Below, in pieces: positions 1 through 15,019 of a stretch of DNA of 64,000 bases; positions within the stretch are counted from its first letter, which is position 1; every line of letters starts with the position of its first letter. Made by a program: the position numbers and the translations under genes. A model generated the notes under the pieces. The model had not been told where the DNA came from and did not search any database. It saw only the letters and a list, made by a program, of their open reading frames with translations. The stretch comes from Auanema rhodensis. Lineage: Eukaryota > Animalia > Nematoda. Location of the stretch: assembly GCA_964057225.1 (NCBI GenBank), contig OZ059899.1:12586001-12650000 (forward strand), given 5' to 3'.

Positions 1-52
1 CTTCCGTAAAATGAAAAGTTCGACTTTTTAAATCTAAATGTGAGATGAATAC

Positions 53-326
53 GGAACTTGTTCAGGCACAATGGACAGATCATGTATGCGTGGTTGACCG
101 TGGTTTTGTGTGAAACCAAATATAGCTGTTTCACTCAAAGAAATGAAATGAAATAATAGCAAAAAAAATAATCAAAAAAAAGAAGAAGAAAGCTATGATG
201 AAGACGAAGCTGAAGACAACATCGCAGATGAGGAACAAGCAACTGAATTCTATTTTCCTTTACCACTCTACTTGCGCAACACTTTTACATTTACATGGCG
301 GAGCATTGGTTTGGAAATTATGAATT

Positions 327-373
<47 letters not shown>

Positions 374-833
374 CTATTTTCTGATACTTTTGACTCTCTT
401 ACCACATAATATAACACATATTCATGCGATATGTCACACTGTGTTATACATGTTATATAAGAATTTTGTTAATTTTTGCCCTTTTTTCGCTTCATAAACT
501 CCATGTTCTAATGTATTTTGTTGATATTTACTTGGCTATAATTGACTTTTAAAATTCGATTATCCAGCCGATTGTAGTCGAACGATAAAATGAAAGAACA
601 ACGTAAAAGCGGAATTGGATTTGGAAGAGCAATGTATCTTAACTCCCACCATTTCACGGTCCCTCCCCACCTTAACTCTTCTCCAACTTCCTTTCTCCTT
701 TTCAGCTTTTCTTTTCAATTAAACTTTTCTCCTATATCTTTATCTCTATATGTATCGGTGCTGATGATGTAGAGTACGAAGAACAATCAGACTTACAGAC
801 ACACATACACACTATATTGCGATTTCTGATCAT
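53..833 (-). CDS. Possible 5' exons (833-797, 125-53) of a minus-strand gene continuing left of the window
   Basis: AACCCAG|ATG...GTCT|GTAAGT (37 nt, phase 1) joins AACAG|CTATA...TTCC|GTATTC in an open frame: MIRNRNIVCMCVSIFGFTQNHGQPRIHDLSIVPEQVP. No family recognised. Confidence 0.25.
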
Positions 834-1882
834 CTGGGTTATGAAAACTGCATTCATGCGAGCATGGTTTCATCATTTTTCGAGCATTTTCCCGTTTTTT
901 TATGAAAAAAAGCGGAATATGTGGTCGAGAGAATGCTTTGTTGTGCTAGGAAGTAACATAAAGTCTATATGAATCTTGATAGTTTGGCAATAATTGGTTA
1001 GAGGATAGGACTAGATAGTTAAATGTGAAATTCAGCAGCAAGAAGTGAATTAGCAGTTATGAAACAGATCTCTCAACTCAAAATAACTATTAAATCTCTT
1101 GAATATATGATCAAAAGAATACAGAAAATAAGGTAAAAACTGTATGAAAACATATGTAAAAACATATTTAGTATCTTCACATCACTAGGGAAAAATATTC
1201 ATAAACAGAACATAATATTATAGATTATGGGGTATATATATGCGAAAAATTGATGATAACTATACAAGTCTTCTGCCATTTCTCGAAAAATAACTATATG
1301 GTTAAAGAGAGAGAAAGAGAAAGAGAGAGAGAGAGCGAGAAAGAGGGACGGACGGACGGGCCAATCAGCTGTTTTACTGTTAACTGCAGCACTTTGCGAT
1401 TTAAAGAAAAAAAAAGTAAAAATATATTTTTATAAAATAAAATAAAGAAGCAGTGAAGGACTTGTTCACCTTAAAGATGCTGTTAAGATCTTTCAATTTT
1501 TTTTCTTTTTTTCCCATAAAGAAATGTTGTTAGTAGAACTTGTTGTAAATCGTAATTTTCAAGAAATTGTTCAAATTAATTGATTTAATGTTTGTCGAAT
1601 AGTTCTGGAAGGAGTACAAACTTCTAAACTTTTTCAGCTTTCTGAATTCTAAAGGTCGACGAGAAACTTTATTCTTCTCTTTTCTCTTTCTCTTCCTTTC
1701 TCTCTCTCTCTCTCTCTGGAAATCTAACTCTCTCTTGTTCAATTTTCTAAATTTCTCTCTTTCTTTTTGTTTCTCTTTGTTCAGAAATTTTCAATGTAAA
1801 ACTCAGATATTCAGCTACGTATGGATTTCAAGAATCTTCATTTTCCTTTGAACAAATTGGAGGAGATAGAGATGAAGAAAAC

Positions 1883-1888
1883 GAATAA

Positions 1889-1942
<54 letters not shown>

Positions 1943-2015
1943 GTAGAGAGAGATAGTGAGATAGAGAGAGAGAGGTAGAGAGAGATAGTGAGATAGAGAG
2001 AGAGATAGAGAGAGA
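1883..2015. repeat. Compound (GA)n tract containing a duplicated 32-nt unit
   Basis: aggtagagagagatagtgagatagagagagag occurs twice (1941-1972, 1973-2004). Confidence 0.85.
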
Positions 2016-3186
2016 TAAGGGGTCATGCCGGGTTACTTTCAAGTTAATAGAAGAAGCTATGATTACTGACTTTTCATTATTTTTATCATCAGATACTTAT
2101 CAGTTATTTGTAAATATCCACATATTCTATTCTATATCCCGTTTTTCCTCCAAAAACATTCTTTCATACGTGCCTTCTCCATATTTTTCCCTCTTTCTCG
2201 ATATTCTTCTGCCCTCCTCTCTCTCAATCTCTCTCTCTCTCTCTCTCTCTCTATTTTATTTAGTATATTTCATTGCTAATTGACTGAAAATTGACGAAGA
2301 AGAAGAAGATGAAGCGATAGCCGTCTTCAAGCAATTGATCAAACAGATTCACAAGCCAACGAATATGAAGAAGTCATGCTCATAATCAGAATTCTGTGAC
2401 TGACGACCGCATGTATGGAAGAATACGAACGACCGAATGATTAAATGCCAAAGAAATTTTTTTTGGAAAAAAAAAGAAAAAAAAAAGAAGAAGAAACAAA
2501 GAAAAGAAAAAGAAAATGATGATGCTGATGTAGAGTATACTGAGAAATTTTGAGCAAAAATCAAGAAAACGTGTGTGCACGCATACATTCGAAGAATTTT
2601 TTCTTATAATTTCGAGTTCATTCATTAACAAGCTTGTTTCGAAAAGCATAATCAGGTTTTAAGTTGAAAAAGTTTGAGAAAACAATGCTTTTCTTGTTGT
2701 TATTTTCATCAATCATATCTAACAAAGTACATAAAAAGTTTGAGCTTAATAGATAAGTTCTATAAACACTTTTTACTTCTTTTTCAACATTTTTGCAAAA
2801 ATTCAACAAAGGAACACAGAAATAGGACCAAAAATCACAGAATTATTAGGGTTTTGGGACCGTACCCTGGGACACGATTTGTATCAAACTCAATGACTGC
2901 GTGGGCTTGAATGCTGATAACCGAAATATAGAAAATTTGCTTTAAACAACATACCTTCTGCGATTTTCTGAGCAAAAATCAGATAACTATATTCAACGTA
3001 TACTATATTGAATGGCCTTTGTTTATGCCTGAAATAATAACACAGTTATAAAGCAACATTTGAAGAAATAAAATGAAGAGAGAGAGAGGGAGAGGGAGAG
3101 AGAGAGCTAGAGAGAGCAATGAGCTGAAGATGATAATATCATGGACAATATAAGCTGAAAAGAGAAATTTTAAGAAAAAATCAAAC

Positions 3187-3247
<61 letters not shown>

Positions 3248-3461
3248 ATCATCAGTATGTTATACATTACATACAAAGAAATATGAAAACGAAGAAGCAG
3301 TGAAGAGGAAAAATTATGTTGAATACCCATCATCAAACGGCGATATCATAACATGTTTCACTGATATAAAAGAAATATTGAGAGAAACAGAGAGAAATAG
3401 AGAAAAAGTTGAAATATGAAATATTTCTGAATACAATTTCAAAAAAATGTATATTAGATAC

Positions 3462-3501
<40 letters not shown>

Positions 3502-5106
3502 ATTTCTATAAAAAAATGACAAAAAGGAATATAAGAAGGCAATGTAGATCAATTTTAGTGAGAATATATAAATTGTTTGGAATAAAAAATCGGAAGAAAA
3601 GATAAAACATGGGCCAATATGACCCGTAAGGGTAGAACATGGAAAGAGGAGGGAGAGACAGAGAGAGACAGAGAGAGGGGATAAAGTGAAGGAAAGATGT
3701 TACAGGTAAGAGGAAACTGGAGAGAACGAGACAAATATAAGCTACTTCTAAGTTTTATATACTTTGAATCAAGCTAATAAAGAAAAAAAACTTGAAATAA
3801 AGGGCTGAGCAGAAGGAAAAGTCAGATTGCTTGCAGATGTTGGCAGAAAAGACTTTCTGAGACAGGTAGATTAGTGCATAATCTTGAATTTGTGTATATC
3901 ATGAATCTCCTGATATCTGATATTGAGCAAGTTATTCTGATAGCTATGCGGTAGCTAGTCAGAAGGCTTTCAAGACTTTTCAGAAGCAAAAGCTGGGTAA
4001 GCTGGTAACAACGATATTTGGACGAAGGAACGGGTGCTGGAGAAGTGAAGTGAGGAGAGCTGCGGCTGTGTGGTGCAGCAAAAGCAATGAAACTGTGTGT
4101 GTGTGTGAGTGGTGGTAGTGGTGCTTGTGGTGGAGGAGACGAGAAATGTTCGAGGGAAATAGGTATATATGAGTTGGTAGCAAGTAAGCTGCACATAGCT
4201 TTTAGAGAGAAGCATGTTGTTGAAGATGGTTGTAGGAGTTGCGAGGATGAGAAAGGATGAAAACGAAGAAGGGAGAGATGACGATGAGAACGAAAGACAG
4301 ATGCAAGTGCTGGAGAAGAGGAATGGATCTGAGGCTTGTGGAAGCAAAATAAGCAACTAAAGGATTGATGACTTGTTGCTTTGCGTCTTATTATTGACCT
4401 AATATGGAAGAAGAGACAAACAACAACAACAATACATGTAGCATTATATTGGAGTATGTTAGCATGCTCATGGTAGAAGCCTGAATATGCTTCATATTCA
4501 CATTAGTGTGGATTCCAAGCTGTTTCTTCTTTCGCACTCAGAGCGTGAGACGTGTTATGGGATGGGAATGGATGAGCTGACGGTACAAGAATTCGAACGT
4601 TTTCCTTCATCATCAGCAGTATTCCGATATTGGAGATGCGCTACTACTATTACTTCTATATTGCTACTGAGTTACAAGCTGCAGCCTGAGCAACTTGAGT
4701 AGCTTGAGTAGCTTCATAACGTTCCACAAGGTAAGAAGGGAGGGGGGATGCGAATAAAAAAAACTAAGAAGTGGATCTATAGAGAACAAGCAGAGAAGGG
4801 AGAGATGTAAGGTTAGAAAGAGAGAGATAGATAGATAAAGTAATTTCTGCTCTTCTCTGAAAAAAATAATCGCAAATTTAAGTATTTTTGAAGGTCCAAT
4901 AAAGACAACAATAGTCTGAAATGGACTAAATTAGGTCACCGGAAATTCAAGAGGTAACATTCAGTCAGGTCGTTGACTAAATATACGCATTTAGTGAAAA
5001 GTATGACATTTCACGAGGAAAAAAATTTTTTTTAACTTAGTATAGCTTCTATATATGGCATTACCGAGAGAAATATAGAGAGAAGTATGAAGAGAGAGAG
5101 AGAGAG

Positions 5107-5152
<46 letters not shown>

Positions 5153-5919
5153 AGGAAATAGAAATGTGGAAATGAGTCAAAAGAGTTGAAAAAGTAAGTA
5201 TCAATGACATTTATATCGTTTTAACAGAACATTCATAACATATAAACTATATTTTTACCGAAATTATGTGATAAAATATACATTTAAATTTGAAAAAAAT
5301 ATTAATATGATGCTTCTAGCAAAAAAAATTTTGGAAGGAAAAAGCAAATTCATAAAAGTGTATGAGATTTTGGTGGGCTGTTAGTGTGTTGCTGTTGCGT
5401 GGGCGACGTGAAAAGTACAAATTGTTGACGTGAAATGTACGTGAGCCGACTTTTGTGACTATGATTTACTCATTTGTTAGACATTTTGCCGAATGGTTGT
5501 TTTTGGAAAAAAAAAAAAGAAGAAAAAACTTCTTTTTTTTTTTTTTTTAAGTTAACCCTCTCTTCACGTATGTATGTATGTAGGTATCTATCTTTTAATA
5601 CTTCAAATGACCTTCATTGTTTTAAACATTATTCATTTATATTTAGGTAATAGAAAAATTGTTTTTTATGTTTTCAACAACCGTTCCATAACTTTTTTTT
5701 TAAAACTTTTTCATATTAGACACATCAAATATACATATGAACCTTAAAAATAAATTAATGACGAAGATGAGGAAAGGAGGAAGAGGAAGCAAAAAAATGG
5801 GAAAATTAAAGCGAGATAGGAGGTCTCCTTTAGCTCTACTTCAACAGCCACAAGCAAGCTGTATAATTTTTTGGCAGAACATTCAAATACTTTTCAAACA
5901 GGAAAAAAAACCGAATTCT

Positions 5920-6246
<327 letters not shown>

Positions 6247-6690
6247 GTTCTTTCATTCTACCTATACTAGCAATATTATTTAATTTTTTATATTTATTTA
6301 ATGGAAGAAATATAAATTCTTATTACATTTTATCAGAAAAAACTAAAACACTGGCTTGAAAAGAGAGAATTTCTGAAAAATTAGAAAATGATTGGACAAG
6401 CCTTGATGACCACCAATAATATAACAAAGTAAAAAAAAAGGGAAAAAAATGAAGATGAAACTTGAAGAAAATAAGCTGGTAGTAGCCTTTTGCAGCATGA
6501 ACAGCATACGGGCTAGCACCGTCTGTTCTACTGTCTTGAATACTAGTTATAGGGTAATGCATGAAGAAGCTGGGGTTCCTCAACGAATGCTTTTGAAGAT
6601 TCAAAAACATTATTTTTCTGTCGAAAGGTTTAGAGAGATTGCAATAAATCAAGAGAGCATGAAAAATAATAAGTATAAGAAGGAAAGAGA

Positions 6691-6758
<68 letters not shown>

Positions 6759-8023
6759 CAAGAGAGGGAGCAAGAGAGAGAGAGAGAGAGACAGAAAAAG
6801 AGGGGAGGAGTTAGTTACAGGTGAAAATTACAGTTTTGATAGCAACATGCTGCCTTTCTCTTTGTAATTCTGGCTCATCTACCTAGTATACTATTCTATC
6901 ATCAAGTAAAAAAGAAAAAAAGATCATGTTTCATAAGGGAAAAAGGCAAAGAAAGCTCTTTAGACAGCATAAAGTTTTGTGAAAAATCACAAATTTTTTG
7001 TTGTGAAAAGACAAAAAAAAAAAGAAGAAGAAGAGAATTGTCATCTATATGCTTGAATTGTATAAGATAGCTCGTGACTAAGTAGCTATGTACTCTTCTA
7101 TGTATGAAGGTAGAATTATTATAGATCAATGAACATGTTATATAACCTAGATAAAAAGCTTGAATGGCAAGTTGATGATGAAAAGAAGTCGAAAAAATGA
7201 GAAAAAATCTTTTTTTTTTGTTTTTTTTTTTGAAAAATTGTCTTTGTCGTGACAAACATATAACTTGTCACGGAAATGCATTAGATCATTTCAATTGGTT
7301 TTGTATACAAGAGCTTCTGATGTTGATGATGATGATGACGAGGAAGACGTGGAGAGAAAAAAACGAGGAAGGGGGGGGGGAGAGTAGGAAGGCTGTAGCT
7401 GTGGGGTTGGTCGCAGTGGTTGTGGCTCTCTGTGTGTATGTGGTGTATGTGTGTGTGTGTGTGAGTGTGGGTCGGCTTAAGTTGTAAGCTATTTTCGTCA
7501 TCAAGCTGCTGCTCGAAGTGTAGCATGAGGGTAAATGCTGATGGTTGGGCTGTCGTAGCTCAAGTCGTATGACAAACTGTTACGGAAGTTGAACTGAACT
7601 CCAGGCTTCTGCTCTAGTTCAGCGAGAAAAAAAAGTCTCGGAAACACAAACGAAAAAGAAATAAACGAAATTCAAGAGAATAGAAAAGAGATATATGCGT
7701 ATAGAGAAAGAGAGACAAGAACTAAAACAGAAAAGTAATTTAATCGAATAATGTCAAACGAGAATGAAAGAAAAATAATTTATTGATATTGTTTCTGAAG
7801 CAAATCTTGTATGATTTTCATGGATTTTGAATAACTTTTAAGAAAAAAATGAGAAAAGAAAAACAGAAAAATATGGGAAATATTGTTAACAATGCTTTTG
7901 AAAAAGTTTAAAATGTTCTATCTTCGTTTGGTTTGTCTCTGATCTTGGCTGACAGACAGAGTAAGTTACAAGAATTATGTGAAAGGGTAATGCGAGAAAG
8001 AGAGTGAGAAGATCATATAGAGT

Positions 8024-8055
<32 letters not shown>

Positions 8056-8068
8056 ATAAGATAGAGAG

Positions 8069-8116
<48 letters not shown>

Positions 8117-9623
8117 ACATTAAAAAACATATATCTCGGTATATCTGTTATATGAAACGCGTAGTCCAAAGCTTGAAATATGTTATACTTCTTATGAACA
8201 GCTATGTTGTGAGAGGACAATATGAGTTTAGCTAATTGGTTAAAGGAGCCAACGAGAATTTTTCAAGTTCTTGGCATAGTTATATAGTGAAAATAAAACT
8301 TTATTACATGCATTTTCATCAATTAACATGTAGAAAATCACAATCAAATCAGTATATATTAAGATTTAAACTATATTTATCTATTTATCTCATAATATAC
8401 TATATAGTATATGTATGGATGTATGGATGTATATTCATACAAAGTTACTACTATATGATATAGTTAGAGCTTTTAAGCACATATGGTAACATACATATCC
8501 ATATATAGAAATAGAAAAAGAATACATCTTTACTGTAATTGCATCATATAACATAATCTTCATTACATATAGTATACATCTATCATTCTGACTATAGCTA
8601 TGAAGCAATACACAGACGACGAGAAAAGACAAAATCTCTCTAGTTTTCACACATTTATTCCTTAACCCATCTGTTGTCTTCTATTGTCTCAATCGTTTCG
8701 TTTTCCTTTTTATGGCAATGAGCCACTTGGACTATGGATAGATAGATTTGCATCAGATGAATTGTGTGTTGTGAGAAAGAGGATGTGCATCACATTCAAT
8801 GACAATTTTTAAGATAATACTATATGTATATAGTAAATAGTATATATAAATTTATGAATTTTTATTTATATAACACACAATATTTATATATTAACTACTA
8901 TACTAACTATATATGTATAAAATATAAATTTTTATTATAAAAACAAAGAAGATTTCTTGATTCTATATGTATATTTTATTTTATTTATATTTTATATACA
9001 TATATATATAGTATACAGTCGTGTGCGATGAAAGTGGGACACTCAAAACATCTCTCATATCGTTTGAAACAAACTACACAAAAAATATTATGAGCATTGC
9101 CAAAAACTCTATAGCATAGCAGAACATAAATTAATGTTTTGGGCTCTCTCTCTCTCTCAAGAGGTGTCCCACTTTCATTGCACAGAACAGTATATGAATA
9201 GGTTATACTATTCAATATTATACTAATTAATTGATTAATTGATTATATGTATACTTCATATTTAAAGATTTTGACGTTTAGAACAAGCAGCATATCTTAG
9301 ATAACACGTGAGATATTCACGTATTACGTGGGGCACGTCATACTATCATTATGCTTTACGTGAAATCATTGAACGGTTGTGTAAGTGTATGTAAGTGATT
9401 GAAATGAATGAATGAATGATAAATGATAATATAGATAGATAGATAGATATATCATATAAATTATATAAATTTCTTATAATTAAATAATTTTTTTATATAA
9501 TTAATATATAAATAAGTTATATATAGATATAGATATATATAGAGATAATAGTGATAAGATAATAATAATTACAGTATAAGTTTAGAAGAAAGAATTTAAA
9601 AACTACGAATAAGAGAGTATAAC

Positions 9624-9659
<36 letters not shown>

Positions 9660-10990
9660 AGGATAGAGGGAAACTGAGATTGAATGTTAATGGAAATAAT
9701 AGTATACAATAAATGATAAAGAGTAGACTGAAAACTAAAGGTTAAGTTATTACTTCAAAGTGACGCCATAGTAGAATGGATAGCTACTTTAACTATATGG
9801 CATAAATATATTTTTTAGCTTGTTGTTTGCTTTCCGAAAAAAAAAAATTTTTTTTTTGCTACGCTGTGGGTGCACATAAAGATTTTGTTTTAAAAAATAA
9901 AAAGTTGAATAAAGCATAGGAGAGTATATAAACGGTTAACTGATGTAAGAGGAGAACCCAAACAAGATGGCAGAATTCCTTTTGTTCTATTATGAGATAT
10001 GCGAGAAAACTGATGGATATATGAATCTATGAAACTGAATTGAAGATGAAAGAGATTAGAAAAGCAAACGGTTCATCTTCACATTTTTTCTTCAGTTGCT
10101 TAAGCTTCATCTCTCGAGAGCGTCTCAGAGCTTGTACTTTCGGATATTCATGTACTTCCATAGTTTTGTGTATGCATGTTTTTTCTATTTTTTTAATGAA
10201 AATATGGCAAAAAAACGATGAATCAATCAAGAAGAATGATGAGCTGTATTCATGAGCATCACAAAGTTTTTTGAAGTTTAAAGCTTTAACATGATTTTCA
10301 GAAAATAAATTGGAAGAACATGACTGACGATTCACTTAGTTATGGACTGTTAGATGGAAATGTTTTTGCTATTCACTTCGGCTTAGCTTTGATGAACACA
10401 AAAAGTGGAATATAACGAGTTAGATAACAGCCGAAGGGCATGGAATGAAGCATGTGAATGTTGTGGGTATGTAGAAGATTTCAACGGGAAACCAAGGAAT
10501 AGAAACACACAATCGGAAGGAAAAGCTGGACGAGGACTATAGGAGGACGGGACGAAGGAAGAGATGATGTAGGCTAAAGGAGCAGAAGATGAATTTTGAT
10601 AGAGATTTAGAAGATTCACAGGAAAAAAAAGAACTTTTAGCTGGAAAATGACAAAACGAATGATTGATAGAGATTTAAGAGAGTTGAATTAGAAAATGAG
10701 AGAGAAAGAGAGAGAGAGAGTGGTGTTAAGAACCGTTTGAATTGAGTAGAATTAGAAGAAAGGGGAAAATAAAGCTTAGCAGAAAGGATCAGAATAAGGC
10801 ATACAGAGTGACAGAGAAAGAGAGAGAGAGAAAAATCTCTCTTTGTGAGAACATGAAATAAGGATGAAGCATTGCATGAGATTGAAAGAGGAACATTTGA
10901 CTGAATACCATTTAACTGATGTTACCATTCGCTTTGCTCACATTCTTTCAAATCAAAATGCTTCCTCTAAACAACTAGGTTTGAAGAAAT

Positions 10991-11052
<62 letters not shown>

Positions 11053-13133
11053 TCCAATTAATCAGAAGGAAAATGAGATTTTGAAATTGAGAAATAAATT
11101 TAATTAGTTAAATATTTATATATATATCTATATATCTAGATTAAGATTATCTAATATGTATGTAAGATAACAGGAAAAAGATGGACGGAAGACAAACGAA
11201 CGAAGAAGCTTCGGGACGACGATGCTGCCGAGAGATGTGAAGCCAAAGAACATCGCCGTGAATCGGATACATTACCTTATGTATCATCTCGTGTTAGTCC
11301 ATCTCAAATCTGCATCTGTTTCCGGTATTACAGAAGTCAAAGAACTTTAACTGATGTTATGATCACAAATATGTATCTATTGATAGAAAAAGTTGAAACA
11401 TTTCTTGTTTTTAAAGGAAAAAAGAAAATTGAAAAGTTTAATTCGAACTAAGATTTATAGAAACTTTAAAAAAAATATGTTTATCTATTTCTTTGAATAA
11501 AATACAATTAGAAGAGTGCATCAGTAACTTCTGATACTTTTCTTTAACTTTTTAATTTTTTTTTCAACAAAATAAAGAAAAAAAAGGAAATAGAGAGAAA
11601 AGATATAGAGGAAGAGAAAACAAAAGAAAAGTTCGTCCATATTTGAAAGATGAAAGACAGATTATTCAGAACAAAGCTAAAAGATTAAAGTTGGCAAAAG
11701 GCTTTTTCAATGTGTGTTAATTAGTTTTGACTTCTTTATTGTTTATCAGAGATTTTTTGGATACATTTTAAGAAAATGATATATACTGAATGCCAAAATT
11801 CAAGAAAATACAATTTAATTTGAAAGTAATTTGTATAATTTAAATAAAATTCTTTTTTTTTTTGAAAAAAAAAAAGAAAACATTGAGAGAGGGAGAGCGA
11901 GAGAAAGTGGGGGGGGGGGAGTTGGTTGCAGATTAAGAAAAATTGGGCTAATTTGAGCTGAAAAAAGATGTCAACCTTATACAGAGGGCAGAAGATAATT
12001 CGAAAGTACAACGTAGGGGATCGTACTAAAATGATTTCAGGTTTTGTGATTTGTGTTGCTGTTTAAGCAAGGCAAAAAAACGATCGAAAGAAGGTATAGA
12101 AGCCATGAATATGTGAATATGTGATAACCACCTACGCTTTCATCATCTTCAATTCCTATCTCTCTCCTCTCTCTCTCTATCTCTTTCTATCTCTCTCTCT
12201 CTCTCAATTTCCTCTCTATAGCTGATCTTCTTTTCTATATATCCTTTATCTCTTGATAGGTTTACCAAGAAAATCTTGTTTCATATAGCTCACCTTTGTT
12301 ATCAGAAGCCCTTTTATACTTTCTTGAATGTAATAACCGAATAAGCGAATGAGATATACATAGATCAACAGTTCACGCTGGTATCGAAGCCTCAAAAACT
12401 GCTAATTGATAGCAGTAGAAGCTACATACACATGTTATACCAAAAGACGAATATAAATGTGAATAGTCTATGTAAGCTCAACATAATTTTTGATGTTGAT
12501 GATGATGATGCACCCACATACATGAACATGCACCCAGTTCTTCCTCTTCGTCTTGTTCATGTGCAGGAATGTCATCACATGCTACATACATCTTTCTGAG
12601 CTTCATGTTCATTAAACTGATTTGTATCAAAATAAAGTTTGAGGGAAAGCCATATAACAAGCAATGATGACTTTTTTTGAATTTAAAGGATAAAGATGTA
12701 GGAGTAGAAGAAGAAGAAGTGAGTGATGAAGAAGAGGATGAGAAAGAAGTATTGGCCGAAAAAGATGAAATTAGGAATGTTTTTTAGCCCAAAATTGAAA
12801 TGTTTCCATGAAACTTCTGGTCAATATTAGCATGATTGAAGAAAGAAAATTTCGAAGAGTAATAGAAAATATATTGGAAACGATAACAGAGAAGTTGAAA
12901 AGAAAAAAAAGTTATTTTGTGCCATTTGCACACATAATGAAATCAGATAAAGCTGGGAAGCAGAAAATCCGCTTTCTCAGTTTTGAAATGCAGAAGGCAG
13001 TACTTAGCAAATGGATGAAGCGAAGTTTCAATTCTAATGAAAATTGAGACACAGAACGATTGAGTAGAAGAGAAGCATATACATACATATATGGAGAGAT
13101 GAGTAGAAAATGAGGGAATGAGAGATTGCATAA

Positions 13134-13191
<58 letters not shown>

Positions 13192-13686
13192 TGAATCAGA
13201 GAAAGATAGATAGAAAATGAAGAATTGTAAAGAGAGAGAGACAAGGATAGTGAATAAAGCTTGGAATGGTTCCATATTCACGTTTAGGACTTTGTTAGTA
13301 TAAAGCCATATATCAAATAAGATTGAGTTTTACGTAATCATGTTGAAATTAAATTAGTTAATTCAGTATAAACAAGAACGTTTTTTGTGCTTAAAATTAA
13401 CATTTTAAATGTTATTAAAAGGTTTTTTTTATTTGTAATTATGCCAAAGAATTCTACAGAAGTAGCATAGATATATGAGAGAGAGAGGAAGAGAGAGGGA
13501 GGGAGAGAGAGAGAAATGGCTAGAGAAGAAAAAAGTGGACGGGGGGAAAGAGGTTAATGATGAGAGAGAAGACAAATTTATTTTGAATATCTATGAATAT
13601 TTATCGAAAAACCCATAGTGAAACAGAGATTCAATAATTAATCTTTTAAAATAAAAAAGATATTAATGAGAGAGAGAGAGAACCCT

Positions 13687-13743
<57 letters not shown>

Positions 13744-14537
13744 GGGTAGAGGTGGGCGGGAAGAAGGAACAGAAATAAGTAAAAGAAGAAGAGATGACAC
13801 ACAGAAGTTCATAAGAAGTACAATAAGGAAATGGCAGAGCTATTTGTAGAAAAAAAAGTTTTTTTTCTGTTTTCATTTCACTCATTTTGATCTCAAAATT
13901 GAAGATAATATGCTGATTTGTATTTAAAACATAAGTTTATTTCCTATAAATAGTCTTGAAAAGAAAAAAAAGATATGAAGTGTGATGATGTGAAGTCTAT
14001 AGATTCCACTTGGACGGAAGAATAATTCATGAATTAAGCACGAGGTATGGAGGGTGAAAGAGGAAATATGATGAAATGATAACATAGATGTAGCTTAGAA
14101 CAGTTTTTTTGCAAGAGAAAAGCTCATATTTCACAGCTTTAAAGCATAAACTAGCAATATTATGTGGAATAGTGGATGAAAGTATATCAGACGGATTCAG
14201 ATGCCACGACACCAATATTAGGGAGGAAGGAAAGCTAGACAGCAGCTGATAGATGGAAATGAAGACGACAACGAATGAAGCTAAGAAGAATAAAAATGTG
14301 ACTATCGTTTACTAAAGGGTAAACGGAAAGAAGACGTCTAGAAGAGAAAATAAAGACTTCCTGTCATCCAAATAAGGAATAAGAGAGACAGAATGCTTGA
14401 AAAGACGAAAGAAATTAAAATCTGTCTCTTTCTTTCAACTTATTTGTGCTATTTCATTGTGTTTCATGTTCTTCTCCGCACTTCTTAGTTTTCCATATTT
14501 AAATTTCTCTCTTTCTCTCTCTCTTTCTCCCTCTGCA

Positions 14538-14581
<44 letters not shown>

Positions 14582-14600
14582 GCTCTCTCCCTTTCTCTTT

Positions 14601-14644
14601 CTTCATCTACCTGTTCATCTTTCTTCATCTACCTGTTCATCTTT
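14601..14644. repeat. 22-bp tandem duplication
   Basis: cttcatctacctgttcatcttt occurs twice. Confidence 0.85.
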
Positions 14645-14662
14645 CTACCTCTATACTTCTAA

Positions 14663-14717
<55 letters not shown>

Positions 14718-14976
14718 AGGGTTCTCTCTATAACTTATTTTCATCTGCTATAACTGCCTTGTACCCTATGCGAAGAAGAGGAGTCGTTTTAGTTTTATTT
14801 TCTAGTATTGCTTTAGTTTCTCTTGTTTTTCTTTCTATTATAATTAAACAAATATCTCGATATGCATTTATAATATAATATTATAATAATGTATAGTATA
14901 TAAGATATATACAGATGTATCTAATGTAGATGAAACAATTCTTCTCTCTCCCTCTCTTTATACTCCTTCCCCCCTT

Positions 14977-15019
<43 letters not shown>

